Source of the DNA: an uncultured Candidatus Binatia bacterium
Lineage (GTDB): Bacteria > Desulfobacterota > Binatia > Bin18
Direction: 5' to 3'
Length of the DNA stretch: 64,000 nt
Assembly: GCA_965200965.1 (NCBI GenBank)
Contig: OZ241744.1
Coordinates: 672,001-736,000, forward strand
The notes beneath the pieces are model-generated. The model was not told the origin of the DNA. It worked only from the letters and a program-made list of their open reading frames with translations, and searched no databases. A program made the translations under genes and the position numbers. Positions 50,524 to 61,477 of the stretch are shown here, piece after piece; position 1 is the first letter of the stretch, and every line of letters begins with the position of its first letter.

Positions 50524-51765
50524 TCAGATTGCGCCCTCGGCCCGCGCCTCCTCAATATCCTTGTCCCCGTACCCGATACACTCCCTCAGGATTTCCTCGG
50601 TATGCTCGCCAAGCTGCGGCGAGGTTTTCACCTCGACCGGTGAATCGGAGAGTTGGAACGGGCAGCCGACGGTTTTGAATGTTCCGCGTTGCGGATGTTT
50701 GACCTCGGCCATAATGCCGCGGGCGGCCAGCGACTCATCCTCTATCAACTCTCTTGTGTCGAGGACCGGGCCGCAGGGAACGTTGACCTTGTTGAGGAGC
50801 GTCATGGCCTCGTACTTGGTGTGTTGGCGTGTCCACTCCTCAACAATACTGAAACACTCTTCAAGGTGTGAAAGGCGGGCCTCTGGCGTAGCGTAATCTG
50901 GATGGTCAACAAGCTGTGTGCGGCCGATGAGCTTCATCAACGACTCCCAGACCTGGGCCTGGATGACTACATAGATGTAGTCGTTGGGACCACCGGGCTT
51001 ACATTTGAGGGCTTTGCCCGGATGGCCTCCACCGGACGCGTTGCCGGAACGTGGCACCGCCGTGCCAAAGGGCTTGTGGGGGTATTGCGGGTATTCCTTC
51101 AAGGGGCCACGCCCGAGCCGCTGCTGGTCGCGCAGCTTGACCCGGCACAGGTTCAGCACGGCATCCTGCATGGCGACCTCGACCCGCTGGCCGCGTCCGG
51201 TTTTCTCCCGCTGAAAGAGAGCCGCCAGAATAGCCGCGACCAAGTGAATGCCGGTCCCCGAATCCCCAATCTGGGCACCCGTCGCGGTCGGCGGGCCATC
51301 GTCCCAGCCGGTTGTGCTCATGGCCCCACCCATGGCCTGGGCGATCGGCTCGTAGGCCTTGCAGTCCACGAACGGACCAGCACCGAACCCCTTGCCGGAG
51401 GCATAGATCAGGCGGGGGTTGATGGTCTGGATGAGATCCCAACTGAAGCCCTGTCTGTCCAGAGCACCGGGCGCAAAATTCTCCACCAGCACGTCACACA
51501 CTGCGATGAGTTTGCGGAAGATTGTCTGTCCCTTGTGGGTCTTGGTGTTGATGGTGATGCTGCGCTTGTTACAGTTGAGCATGGTGAAATACAGGCTGTC
51601 GACGTCGGGCAGGTCGCGGAGCTGCTGGCGGGTGATATCACCCCGGCCTGGCAGTTCAACCTTGATGACATCGGCCCCAAGCCAAGCCAGGAGCTGGGTT
51701 GCAGAAGGTCCCATCTGGACATGGGTCATGTCCAGCACGCGGATTCTGTTCAAGGCTTGTCCCAT
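50524..51765 (-). CDS. frc: Formyl-CoA:oxalate CoA-transferase-like
   Basis: [32 protein letters not shown]. Confidence 0.88.
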   Translation of the reverse strand: MGQALNRIRVLDMTHVQMGPSATQLLAWLGADVIKVELPGRGDITRQQLRDLPDVDSLYFTMLNCNKRSITINTKTHKGQTIFRKLIAVCDVLVENFAPGALDRQGFSWDLIQTINPRLIYASGKGFGAGPFVDCKAYEPIAQAMGGAMSTTGWDDGPPTATGAQIGDSGTGIHLVAAILAALFQREKTGRGQRVEVAMQDAVLNLCRVKLRDQQRLGRGPLKEYPQYPHKPFGTAVPRSGNASGGGHPGKALKCKPGGPNDYIYVVIQAQVWESLMKLIGRTQLVDHPDYATPEARLSHLEECFSIVEEWTRQHTKYEAMTLLNKVNVPCGPVLDTRELIEDESLAARGIMAEVKHPQRGTFKTVGCPFQLSDSPVEVKTSPQLGEHTEEILRECIGYGDKDIEEARAEGAI

Positions 51766-51781
51766 GCTCTTTCTCTGTAGC

Positions 51782-52579
51782 TTACGATTGAAGAAAATCC
51801 TGGATCAGGCCCGAGACCCGCTGAAGCTGTTCCAGTTGGGGAAGGTGGGCAGCTTGCTCAACCATCTCGATCCGTGAGCCGGCGATCCGACTGCCAAACT
51901 CGTGGGCATACGCCGGGGGCACGAGCTTGTCCTCGCTGCCCCATACGATCAGCGTTGGCGACACAATCCGATGGATGCGTTTTGTGAGTCCCTTATCTGG
52001 GATCGGCCAGATGAACTTTCCGGTGCAGGCCAGGGCCCAGGTCACCCGAATCTGGGCGTCTTGGGCGGCCTGCTCATTTTCCGGTACGCTCAGCATTTGC
52101 TGCGCCAGTGGACCATTCTGATCGGAGAAGGCGGCTTTGACGACCTCTTCCAACGGCAGGATCATCCAGTTTTTGACCGGGATATCGTCTCGCCACAGCC
52201 CAATCGGACTTACCAGAACGAGTTTGCCGACGCGCTGCGGGTAATTCGCGGCGATCTCTGCCGCCACCATCCCGCCGAACGAGTGGCCGATGACGGCAGG
52301 ATTTTGCAGGCCGAGTTGCGCGAACAACTCGTCGTAATACAGCACCAGATCCCACACAGTATCCAAGGACTTAATCCCGTCTGGATCGCCCAAGGTCGTG
52401 CCAGGATGCTCGGGCGCATACACGGCAAAGTGCTCTGCCAAGGCATCCAGAAATGGGTCCCAGGTCAGCCCGTAGGCACCGTGCAGGAAGACCACCGGCG
52501 GGCCGCTGCCGGCGATCTGGACTTTGGGATTGATCTGGTTCTTCCAGACGCTGAGGGTGTGTTCCTGGACTGCCACCAT
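51782..52579 (-). CDS. Alpha/beta hydrolase
   Basis: FLHG, GHSFGG, AAHLP. Confidence 0.88.
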   Translation of the reverse strand: MVAVQEHTLSVWKNQINPKVQIAGSGPPVVFLHGAYGLTWDPFLDALAEHFAVYAPEHPGTTLGDPDGIKSLDTVWDLVLYYDELFAQLGLQNPAVIGHSFGGMVAAEIAANYPQRVGKLVLVSPIGLWRDDIPVKNWMILPLEEVVKAAFSDQNGPLAQQMLSVPENEQAAQDAQIRVTWALACTGKFIWPIPDKGLTKRIHRIVSPTLIVWGSEDKLVPPAYAHEFGSRIAGSRIEMVEQAAHLPQLEQLQRVSGLIQDFLQS

Positions 52580-52591
52580 GTGTCGGCCTCC

Positions 52592-53839
52592 TTACAACGC
52601 GGCCAGCGTGGTCTGGCGTTTGGCCCGCAACTTCTCTGGCCACCAGTGGTTCTCCCACTCGTCGTCCCAGGTGTCATGGATGCGGGGCATGACCTCGCGG
52701 GTGAACATGTCGATGTTCTTGAGGGTCAACTCGTGCGGCATGGAGCCGATGTGCAGCAAGACCATCAGGTTGCCAACACGCAGTTTTCTGATGGCATCGG
52801 TGAGCAGGTCGCTGACGGTTGACGGGCCGCCGGCGATCACAAAGCCCTCGTCCACAAAGTCCCTGAACTTCCAGTGGGGGATGTCGTCGAGCTTATCAAA
52901 ATAGCTCTTGAAAATGCCCTTGCGGACATTGTTTTCCAGGCTGCGGTAATCCTGGTGGCCGGGCGGGAAAAAGAATTCGGGCGGGATATGCAGGGATTTG
53001 GTATAGAAGTATTGCATGTGCTTTTCGTACAGCGCTTCGGCTTTGGCGTCGGACTCGGCCACGGCTACTAGTTGCAGAAAGCCGGCCCGGAATGGGTTGG
53101 GTTCTATCCCGCGCTCGTCAATGAACTGCCAAAACCCGTCCATCACGCCTTTTCCAGCCTTGGGGCCGTAATAGCTCAGAAAGCAGTAGCAGTGGTTGTG
53201 CCGGGCGGCAAACTCCCAGGTGCTGAGGCTGCCCAGTCCCGGCACCCAGACCGGCGGGTGGGGTTGCTGGATGGGCCGGGGCCAGACGTTGACCATCGGC
53301 AACTGATAGTATTTGCCGTTCCAGGCAAAGATGTCCTGGGCCGTCCAGGCTTTGAGGATCAGGTCGTGGGCTTCGTAATAGCGCTCGCGCTGCTCAATCG
53401 GGGTGATGCCGGCGCACAGTGTGGCGTCCATGGCCGTCCCCAGCGGCATTCCAGCGACGAGGCGGCCGCCGCTGATGGTATCCAACATACCGTATTCCTC
53501 GGCCACCCGGGTCGGCGGGTTGGTCGTCGGCAGGGTAGAGCCCATCTGCACCACCGCCACGTCCATGCCGTTCGTGGCCCGGGCCATGATCGAGCCCATC
53601 AGGTTGGGGTTTGGCATAAAGCCGTAGGCATTCTGGTGATGCTCGTTCACGCACACGCCATCCATGCCGGCTTTGGCCGCATGGGTCAACTCATCCAGCG
53701 TCCAGTTGTAGTACTGGCCGACCTTTTCGGCGTCTCCCAGCTCGGTCCAGGGCGGGTCAACCCAGACCGAGTGATAGCGTTGTTCAAAATCGTCCGGCAG
53801 GTCCCGGTAGGGCATCAGGTGAAACATGGATACCTTCAT
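52592..53839 (-). CDS. Luciferase-like monooxygenase (LLM)
   Basis: VNEHHQNAYG, RVAEEY, WPRPIQQPHPP. Confidence 0.9.
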   Translation of the reverse strand: MKVSMFHLMPYRDLPDDFEQRYHSVWVDPPWTELGDAEKVGQYYNWTLDELTHAAKAGMDGVCVNEHHQNAYGFMPNPNLMGSIMARATNGMDVAVVQMGSTLPTTNPPTRVAEEYGMLDTISGGRLVAGMPLGTAMDATLCAGITPIEQRERYYEAHDLILKAWTAQDIFAWNGKYYQLPMVNVWPRPIQQPHPPVWVPGLGSLSTWEFAARHNHCYCFLSYYGPKAGKGVMDGFWQFIDERGIEPNPFRAGFLQLVAVAESDAKAEALYEKHMQYFYTKSLHIPPEFFFPPGHQDYRSLENNVRKGIFKSYFDKLDDIPHWKFRDFVDEGFVIAGGPSTVSDLLTDAIRKLRVGNLMVLLHIGSMPHELTLKNIDMFTREVMPRIHDTWDDEWENHWWPEKLRAKRQTTLAAL

Positions 53840-53932
53840 GGCGAGCCTCCTTGGGTGCGCGGTGTCGGCCAGACCATAGCAATTGTGCCATGTCTTGGCT
53901 AGGCGACCTTGGGGCTGTTTCGTACTACGGCC

Positions 53933-53962
53933 GTAGGGCGGGTCAGCGGAGTGTAACCCGAC
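53933..53962 (+). repeat. REP-like element (GTAG family)
   Basis: GTAGGGCGGGTCAGCGGAGTGTAACCCGAC: GTAG tetramer plus imperfect palindrome; single copy in the window. Confidence 0.4.
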
Positions 53963-53983
53963 GGTTTTGTATCGATATTCCGG

Positions 53984-55354
53984 CTACGACTTTGTTTCAA
54001 GGACCCCGCGCGTGAGCTCCTCTACCACATTCTTGCTCAGCACAAAGCCGTCAAAAATTTCAAAGAGAGGCTGTACGACTTGATTCACGATCTCTCCCAG
54101 TGCAGATAGGGGTGTTTGAAGAGAAACACTAACAAGGACGATAACCTGATCTTGGTAGGCCGGCCTTTGAGGCAGAAGGGATCGCCTTGGATCTACCCAG
54201 GAAACAAGGGACCGTTCTTTCAGTGTGGTCCACCGAAAGCCAAAGGCAAGCTGGGTTTTTTCTGGGTCGCAGCCCATTGCTTTCGCAAAGGCTATGCCAA
54301 CGGCGATAGCTTCTGCTGTCCTCTGCACGGGCAATTTGAAGTCAAGGCAGGTCATCTTACAAGAAAGTAGCATGTCATCCTCTAACGCCCGTCGAAGATA
54401 GAAACGGCCCTTTGGGCTTAATCTCATAAAATCAAGCTGAGGCCATGAGTCAATGAGAGCTTCCCAAGCATCTTCAAAGACATAGGGCCTTGCGCTTTCA
54501 TCACGAAAATTTCTGCTATTGAGCCATACAGGCCAGCCGGCATGGCGGGGATTACTGGAGCTCAGCAGATTCAGGAATTCCTGACTCACCGAATGGGGAG
54601 GGACATCTCCATCAATCAATAATCCGACTTCCCATGCGCCGTGAGGCGGAAGTTTATCTGGCCGTTCTTCGGCAACCTTGAAATACCTCTTTTCACTCTC
54701 TTGAAGATACTCTCGCAGACGGTCCTCGGTTGTAGCCTCCGGCTGTGAATTGCCGGTCAGCGTTTCAAGAAACTCCCGGATGACCTGCGGATTCGTGCCC
54801 GTCAGGTGGCGTCTCAGGAAACGACCAATGTCAGCCTCACGATTGTCGAAACAAACGTCAAGGATTTTCGGCCAATCTCTCCAGATCGCCTTTGTGGTGC
54901 TCGGCGTATTGTTGGCGTTGAGAGAGCGTGTGTAGACATCATTTGTGCCTATCAGCGTCTTGTCGCCAGAACGAAGATCAGACTTTGCCGCCACCGGAGT
55001 TTTGACCCCTGAGGGCACGCTTATCACGGGATACAGCTGACCTTCGCGTTCTGGAAATTTCACAGTGATCTCGAATAGTTCGGACGCATAATTTGAGATC
55101 AAAGCCTGAATTTCGTCTATATGAAAAGCTGCCTCGACGTCCCGGGGAACGTTGTTCACGTCCGGTTCGAGGGTGTCGTTATCGAACCCAATCACGAGAT
55201 ATCCCCCGCCATGATTTCTCAAGGCGAGAGCGGTCTTCACGATCTTTGCCTTACCCTCTGGAGATTTGGGGTCAATCCATCGCTTGAGTTCGACCGAGAG
55301 GCTTTCGCCAGGTATGTCTACTAATGCCTGAATCTGCGAGAAATCTATGGCCAT
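53984..55354 (-). CDS. Schlafen AlbA_2-domain protein
   Basis: ESLSVELK, ALRNHGGGYLVIG; lower GC. Confidence 0.8.
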   Translation of the reverse strand: MAIDFSQIQALVDIPGESLSVELKRWIDPKSPEGKAKIVKTALALRNHGGGYLVIGFDNDTLEPDVNNVPRDVEAAFHIDEIQALISNYASELFEITVKFPEREGQLYPVISVPSGVKTPVAAKSDLRSGDKTLIGTNDVYTRSLNANNTPSTTKAIWRDWPKILDVCFDNREADIGRFLRRHLTGTNPQVIREFLETLTGNSQPEATTEDRLREYLQESEKRYFKVAEERPDKLPPHGAWEVGLLIDGDVPPHSVSQEFLNLLSSSNPRHAGWPVWLNSRNFRDESARPYVFEDAWEALIDSWPQLDFMRLSPKGRFYLRRALEDDMLLSCKMTCLDFKLPVQRTAEAIAVGIAFAKAMGCDPEKTQLAFGFRWTTLKERSLVSWVDPRRSLLPQRPAYQDQVIVLVSVSLQTPLSALGEIVNQVVQPLFEIFDGFVLSKNVVEELTRGVLETKS

Positions 55355-55480
55355 CGCGGGTCTCTCCCTTCTACACAGGGTCGGCTAGACTATATCAGCG
55401 GCACCGCGTCTTGGCTAGGCGACCTATATGGGCTGATTTTGCGGCTGTGGTGTAGAGACAGGGAATGAGCGTGGTCAAAG

Positions 55481-56389
55481 ATGAGAGAGACTCTCAACAC
55501 TGACTGCTTCCAATGGCTGGCGGAGCGGCGGCCCCACACCATCCACGGCGTTTGCACCGATCCGCCTTACGGCTTGGTTGAGTTTTCGTCCGATGAAATT
55601 GGTAAGCTGCGGAAGGGGCGTGGAGGGGTGTGGAGAATACCTCCTGAATTTGATGGCAAGAAGAGGAAGCCGCTCCCGCGCTTTTCGGTCCTGAGGCTGG
55701 AACAACGGCGAGCGCTGGAAAAATACTTCGCCCATTGGGGGGGACTCCTCCTTCCGGCCCTCGTCCCCGGCGCGCATGTGCTGGTAGCCTCGAATCCAGT
55801 CCTTTCTTCGCATGTCTTCCACGGCCTGCTTGAAGCGAACCTGGAGCCTCGGGGGACCATCATGCGCGTCTATCACGGATTCAGAGGCGGTGACCGGCCC
55901 AAAAATGCCGAGCGCGAGTTTCCTGATCTGTGCGTCAGCCCACGGGGGAATTACGAACCCTGGCTCCTGTTCCGTAAACCCCTGTCAGAAAAGACGGTCG
56001 CCCAGAATATCCGCAGATGGGGCGTTGGCGCACTCAGGATGCTTGACGGCTCTCACCCCATCCCGGATGTCATTCCCAGCACAAAAACTCCCCAACTCGA
56101 AAGGCAGATTGCAGACCATCCGTCTCTCAAGCCGCAGCGGCTGCTGAGACTGCTCTGCCGCACGCTGATGCCAAGACCGGGAGTCCTGCTTGATCCCTTT
56201 ATGGGTTCAGGCTCAACCGTTGCCGCCTGCCAGGCGCTCCAGATCGAAAGCCTAGGACTTGAAGTTGACCCGCATTACTTCTGTGTGGCAGAGACCGCTA
56301 TCCCCCAATTGGCCGCGCTGTATCCACATGACAGAGGGGAGCGCCTCACTGCTACGCCCTCACCCTTGCTTGAAGAACGCGGGGGCTAG
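55481..56389 (+). CDS. N4/N6 DNA methyltransferase (beta class), orphan
   Basis: TDPPY precedes HPSLKP and LDPFMGSGST. Confidence 0.9.
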   Translation: MRETLNTDCFQWLAERRPHTIHGVCTDPPYGLVEFSSDEIGKLRKGRGGVWRIPPEFDGKKRKPLPRFSVLRLEQRRALEKYFAHWGGLLLPALVPGAHVLVASNPVLSSHVFHGLLEANLEPRGTIMRVYHGFRGGDRPKNAEREFPDLCVSPRGNYEPWLLFRKPLSEKTVAQNIRRWGVGALRMLDGSHPIPDVIPSTKTPQLERQIADHPSLKPQRLLRLLCRTLMPRPGVLLDPFMGSGSTVAACQALQIESLGLEVDPHYFCVAETAIPQLAALYPHDRGERLTATPSPLLEERGG

Positions 56390-56398
56390 CCCCAGGTT

Positions 56399-57043
56399 TT
56401 ACTTGGGCAGAAAGGCGGCCAGGGCGTCCTGCATGGCCGTGTTGACGGCCTTGACCGCGGGACGCTCGCCGAGCATTTCCAGGTACGCGTCCAGGCCAGG
56501 CAGGGCGTCGCCGATGTCCCAGTCATACACTCTGGCGGTGTGCAGGTTGGTGAACTGCAACTGGAAGAACGCGGTCACATCGGCGAAGGTGAAGGTGTCG
56601 CCGGCGATATACGGCTCAAAGCGTGCCAACCGCTTGAGCGCAGCGAGCCCCTGTTCCAGAGCCGGGCGAACCTGATCGTAAGCGTACTGGTCCACGGGCT
56701 TGCCGAAATAGACCGTCGGCAGATGACGCCGCGCCGGAGTATCAAGATAGAGTTCCACCGCACGGATGATTTCCTTGACCTTGGCCCTGGCCCAGGGGTC
56801 GCCGGGATACAGGGCCGGCTGGGGCTGGATATCTTCGAGATAATCGAAGATGACATTCGTCTCGCTCAGGGCCGCGCCCTCAACCTTGATGTACGGCACC
56901 TTGCCCATCGGGCTTGCCGCCAACACCTCAGGCTCCTGGCCGGGCATGACCGAGATTTCCTCAAACGGAACGTTTTTCTCCACAAAAGCCAGCTTGGCGG
57001 TGTTGAAATAATTGCTGATCGTTGTGCCGTAGAGTGTAATCAT
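56399..57043 (-). CDS. Glutathione S-transferase
   Basis: ISNY, SPMGKVP, LSET, FTFAD. Confidence 0.88.
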   Translation of the reverse strand: MITLYGTTISNYFNTAKLAFVEKNVPFEEISVMPGQEPEVLAASPMGKVPYIKVEGAALSETNVIFDYLEDIQPQPALYPGDPWARAKVKEIIRAVELYLDTPARRHLPTVYFGKPVDQYAYDQVRPALEQGLAALKRLARFEPYIAGDTFTFADVTAFFQLQFTNLHTARVYDWDIGDALPGLDAYLEMLGERPAVKAVNTAMQDALAAFLPK

Positions 57044-57131
57044 GGGTTCCTCCTCTGGGGGATAATCTGTCGCTTAGCAAGCGTATGCTGCGGCGCGCAC
57101 GGTCTCAAGCTGGCTGGGGGATTTCAGCGCT

Positions 57132-58700
57132 TTACACGCCCTCAAACAGTGCCCGGAGGTGGGTTTCGGGCAGCGGCCTCGTGGCTTTGGAGACGACAAC
57201 GGTCAATGCAACCGAAACGAGTTCGCCGATCGCGGCGCACGAGAACGGGCTAGGTCCTTCGACATACAGCCAGGCGACGACGGCGCGCAGCGGGCCGGGC
57301 GAGAACCAAGCCGGATCGAGCAGTTGGGTGTGCAGAATGAAAAAGGTGACAAAGCCGCTGACCAAGCCGGCGTAGGCTCCGACTCGGGTGACGCCGCGCC
57401 AGAGCGCGCCGACCACCAGCGGACCGGCAAAGGCCGCCATCAGCCCACCGTTGCCGATCCAGACAATCAGCGCGATGTTGGTCTCGATCAAGGCCCAGGC
57501 CAGGGCCGTACACAGCAGCAGGACGACCACGGTTGACACCCGGCTGATGCGCAGAACTGCGCGGTCGAGCTGGGCGGCGCTGGGCATGCGTTTCAGACGC
57601 GGTACCACGGTGCGGCGGTAGAGATCGTTGGCGATAATCTGGGAGGAGGAGATGACCAGCCCGTCTGCGGTGGACATAATGGCGGCCAGGACGCCGACGC
57701 CGACAAGGGCGGCCAGCCAGACCGGGAACAACTCAATGAACAGCAGCGGGAGGGCCTGATTCGGGTTTGCTCCCTCGGCGTACAGCGCATCGCCGAGCAG
57801 CGCGCGGGCCAACAGGCCGGCCAGACCGAGCATGCCCAGCATCAGCCCAAACGAAAACGCCAGACCGACAAAGGATTTCTGTTGCCGCGTGTTCTTCAAG
57901 GCCCAGAGTTTATTGCCCAGGTGGGGCAGCAAACCGAGCGGGATGTGGGAAATCAGGATCGCAAAAACCGACCACCAGGAGTGATAGAGAGGGGTGTCGG
58001 CGCTGAACAGGCCGACTAAACCGGCGTCCTGCGCGCCCAGATTATCGACCAGACCCGGCAAGCCTCCGCGGCCCGCGTCCAGGCCGAAGCCGGTCAGGAG
58101 CAGGGCGATCACCACCGTAGCGACCAGCAGCATCATGCAGCCCTGGACCCCGTCGGTCAGGATGTCGGCGTGCGCCCCGCCGAGCGCGACATAGATCAAC
58201 AAGACCGTCGTGGTGATGCCCAAGGCCCAGACCGGAGACAGGCCCAGCAGAATCTCGAACATGACCAAGCCGGACACGAGTTGCCCGGCCAGATAAAAAC
58301 ACAACAGCAGCGAAAACACCGAGACCAGCACCCGAATGCCCTCGGACTGGTAGCGGTCGCCGAGGTACTCGGGGATAGAACGATTGCCGAACCGATGCCC
58401 GGAGACCGTGACCAGGCGGATGGCGACCAACACGCCCAGATAGACGCCGGTCGGATACAGGAAGGCTCCCCAGGCAGTTGGCAAGCCCCACTCGTAGCTC
58501 AGCCCCGGGCTGCCCATAAACGTCGCGCCACTGGCGGTCGTGGCCGCAAACGCCAGCGCCAGAAACACCGGCCCGTAGGAATTGCGCGCGGTGGCAAAGT
58601 CGTCGGCGTGTTTCACCCGCCGCTGGGCAACAATGCCGATGGTTAACATGCCGCCGATGTAGACCACGAGGAAGAGCCATGACCAGGCGATGAGTGTCAT
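57132..58700 (-). CDS. Sodium:solute symporter
   Basis: ASGATFMG, TDGVQG, AAIMSTAD; many transmembrane segments. Confidence 0.9.
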   Translation of the reverse strand: MTLIAWSWLFLVVYIGGMLTIGIVAQRRVKHADDFATARNSYGPVFLALAFAATTASGATFMGSPGLSYEWGLPTAWGAFLYPTGVYLGVLVAIRLVTVSGHRFGNRSIPEYLGDRYQSEGIRVLVSVFSLLLCFYLAGQLVSGLVMFEILLGLSPVWALGITTTVLLIYVALGGAHADILTDGVQGCMMLLVATVVIALLLTGFGLDAGRGGLPGLVDNLGAQDAGLVGLFSADTPLYHSWWSVFAILISHIPLGLLPHLGNKLWALKNTRQQKSFVGLAFSFGLMLGMLGLAGLLARALLGDALYAEGANPNQALPLLFIELFPVWLAALVGVGVLAAIMSTADGLVISSSQIIANDLYRRTVVPRLKRMPSAAQLDRAVLRISRVSTVVVLLLCTALAWALIETNIALIVWIGNGGLMAAFAGPLVVGALWRGVTRVGAYAGLVSGFVTFFILHTQLLDPAWFSPGPLRAVVAWLYVEGPSPFSCAAIGELVSVALTVVVSKATRPLPETHLRALFEGV

Positions 58701-58789
58701 GTGTGTGGGGACCGGACTGTGGCCCGGCCGGCATTCCTTTCTGCGGCATGGGAGTGGCGAGTCCTTGTCCCGCCAGACAGCCCAGCCTA

Positions 58790-59008
58790 TCACAGACGGC
58801 GCAAAAGGGGTAGCTCATCCCTCGACAGGATTTCCAGCCCTGTGGAAAGGCGCTGGAGCGAAGCCAGCGTTGGATTCGCCTCTCCCCGCTCAATGCCGGC
58901 CAGATAATTGGCGCTGATGTCGATCTTTTCTGCCAGCTCTTCCTGGGTATAGCCCTTCACTTTCCGCAGGGTCTTGATCCGTTTTCCCGACAGTTTTCGG
59001 TTGTCCAT
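58790..59008 (-). CDS. XRE-family HTH regulator (C-terminus possibly truncated)
   Basis: GKRIKTLRK..GYTQEELAE...IERGEANPTL. Confidence 0.75.
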   Translation of the reverse strand: MDNRKLSGKRIKTLRKVKGYTQEELAEKIDISANYLAGIERGEANPTLASLQRLSTGLEILSRDELPLLRRL

Positions 59009-59118
59009 AGCCACCTCGCAGTTCAAAGGCAGTATGGATGCGCCACCCTACCAGATGATTTGATACACAATGATTTTTTGAGTAAAGTTGTATTTGATAG
59101 TTGGAAAGGAGAAATCGT

Positions 59119-60140
59119 ATGTTTCCTCAGTCTGCTATGCTGTGTATGGTCCTTGTGTTGTGTCTGATGGCCGGTCCGGCAGCGGGTCATGTCTCACAAT
59201 ACTCGGGCACTGCGGTCTACACCTCGGAAACCAATCTTGATGGGACAGGCTCCTATCGTGGTGTCAGCGAAAGCGTGGACAACATATTAGGCCCGGTAAC
59301 TTGTGTAACCACCGGCTCGTTTCGGCCGGCCGCGGCCGGAGAGGGGAGTTGTAGCGCAGCGGAGTCCGGAGCTTCATATTTTAATATCCGGTCAGAATGC
59401 GAAGCGGACAGTCTTGACTCTCCTGTCACTATTATGTACCCAATGACAGTCGCCTGTGTTCCAAATTCTTGCTATGAGCTTGATACGACTCATAATATCT
59501 TTCTTGCCAGAATCGGTTGCATGTACACCGCCCCTTTGACTGGAACAGTAATGGGAGAAGACCTGGAAGGGAGCCTGTCAGGCTCGCAGCAAGGTCGCTT
59601 TGCCGCGGTGAGTTATGATGTGGCAAGGCGGGTTATCGTAGCTCGAACAGAGCTCACGTTTGCTGGGACAGCGGATATTGACTTCACCCTGAGAGAAGCC
59701 GCTCCTGCTTCGGACGCTAATATCGAGGTGCCGGCCGAGGGTGCGACGATGAACGGCATTGGTCTTATCTCCGGGTGGTCCTGTCTGGGCGGAGATTTGG
59801 AAGCCGAGTTCAGCGACGCGGACGGGGTTTTAAGTACCGTGGCCCTTCCTCATGGCGTGCCACGAGGGGATACCGAGTCGGTATGCGGCGATACGAACAA
59901 TGGGTTCAGCACTACCATGAACTGGTCACTCCTTGGCCCAGGCCCCAAAACCATGCGGCTCATACAAAACGGAGAGGTGCAGGGGGAGCCACGGAATTTC
60001 ACAGTTGTGGCGTTTGATGAAGAGTTTATCCGCAGCGCGAGCGGCATGTGTACTGTTAGGGATTTCCCGACCTCTGGGGACAGCGTCACCCTGTGTGGAG
60101 TGAACCTCAACAGAGCTTTGTGGTGACGGATATCAACTGA
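59119..60140 (+). CDS. Secreted protein with Ig-like C-terminal domain; frameshift near 60093
   Basis: Signal peptide; GIGLISGWSC...CGDTNNGF...NW; the likely C-terminus WSEPQQSFVVTDIN lies in another frame. Confidence 0.55.
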
Positions 60141-60299
60141 GGGGGCAGTGAAACGACCTGCGCCGAGGTCGGGAGCAGGTCGTAATCCGACCGGCCATTT
60201 GTGTGTCCCGCCCCGCCGCCGTATCGCGCAAACATTATAGCTTCCTGTTGACACCTGCCGTGCCGCTAGCCTACCTTGTCAGCCGAAGGAGGGCTGCCG

Positions 60300-61475
60300 A
60301 TGCCGGGCTGGGACTTGAAAGACAGAGCCGCGGTATGCGGGGTAGGGCACTCGCCCTACGGCCGACGCCTGAACCGCAGCCAGATTGACCTAGCCGGCGA
60401 GGCGATTCGCAATGCGCTGGACGACGCCGGGCTGGGGCGTGACGACCTTGACGGCCTGATTGTCAGCTTTGGTACGCCGATTGGGGCCGACGCCGATACC
60501 CTGGCCTACGCCTTGGGCCTCAAGCTGCGGGCCTATAACCAGACCTGGGCGCACGGCCGTTTTACCGCCAGCTGCATTCAGTGGGCGGCGATGATGGTCA
60601 ACGCCGGTCTGGCACACACGGTGGCGTGTCTGGCGGCGATCAGTTTCTCCGGGTTTCGCCGGCCAACAATGGGCGGGGCAGGGGACGCCGAGGGCGCGCG
60701 TGAGGCCGGCGGCGGACACGGCGAAGACCCGGTCTATGGCATGACCTCACCAGGGGCCGGGGCTGCGCTGGTGGCCCGCAAGTATTTTGATCGGTTTGGG
60801 GCGACGAGCCGTGACTTGGCCGCGGTGGCTGTGGCCTTTCGCAAACACGCCTCGCTCAATCCCGCGGCCATGATGCGCGAGCCGCTCACGGCTGACGACC
60901 ATCAAAACTCCCGCTTCGTATGCGAACCCCTGCATCTGTTCGACTACTGTCTCATTAACGACGGCGCGGCCTGTGTGCTTGTCTCCAGCGCTGAGCGCGC
61001 CCGGGATATGAACAAGCCGCCGGTGTATATCAGCGGGATGCAGGGCTTGCCGGCCGGCCGGGACGAGTTCATCTGGACCTATCCCGGTTTTGGGACCTCC
61101 CAGCAGGAGGCGTTCGACTACCAGCCGGGCGTCCAGCCGGTGTACGAGATGGCCGGTATCTCGCCCCGGGACATAGACCTGCTGTTTACCTATGACGCCT
61201 TTACCATCCTGGCCTGGACCGCGCTGGAACGGTTCGGGTTCTGCGGCCAGGGAGAAGCCGCGGCGTTCAGCCAGGGCGGGCGGATCGAGTTGGGCGGCGA
61301 ACTGCCAATGAATACCAACGGCGGGCTGCTGTCTGAGGGGCATATCATGGGCTGGAATCATCAGGTTGAGTTGGTGCGCCAGTTGCGCGGCGAGTGTGGC
61401 CCCCGGCAAGTCGCCGACGCCGCCCTGGCCCAGTGGGCCAACGCCTACGGTGATGCGCTGATCTATCGGAGGTAA
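60300..61475 (+). CDS. Thiolase-family (lipid-transfer type) protein
   Basis: DYCLINDGA, YDAF, NTNGGLLSEGH. Confidence 0.88.
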   Translation: MPGWDLKDRAAVCGVGHSPYGRRLNRSQIDLAGEAIRNALDDAGLGRDDLDGLIVSFGTPIGADADTLAYALGLKLRAYNQTWAHGRFTASCIQWAAMMVNAGLAHTVACLAAISFSGFRRPTMGGAGDAEGAREAGGGHGEDPVYGMTSPGAGAALVARKYFDRFGATSRDLAAVAVAFRKHASLNPAAMMREPLTADDHQNSRFVCEPLHLFDYCLINDGAACVLVSSAERARDMNKPPVYISGMQGLPAGRDEFIWTYPGFGTSQQEAFDYQPGVQPVYEMAGISPRDIDLLFTYDAFTILAWTALERFGFCGQGEAAAFSQGGRIELGGELPMNTNGGLLSEGHIMGWNHQVELVRQLRGECGPRQVADAALAQWANAYGDALIYRR

Positions 61476-61477
61476 GC

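Larger units (their letters stand above)
53892..55425. repeat. 18-bp direct repeat flanking the AlbA_2 gene
   Basis: GTCTTGGCTAGGCGACCT at 53892-53909 and 55408-55425. Confidence 0.8.
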
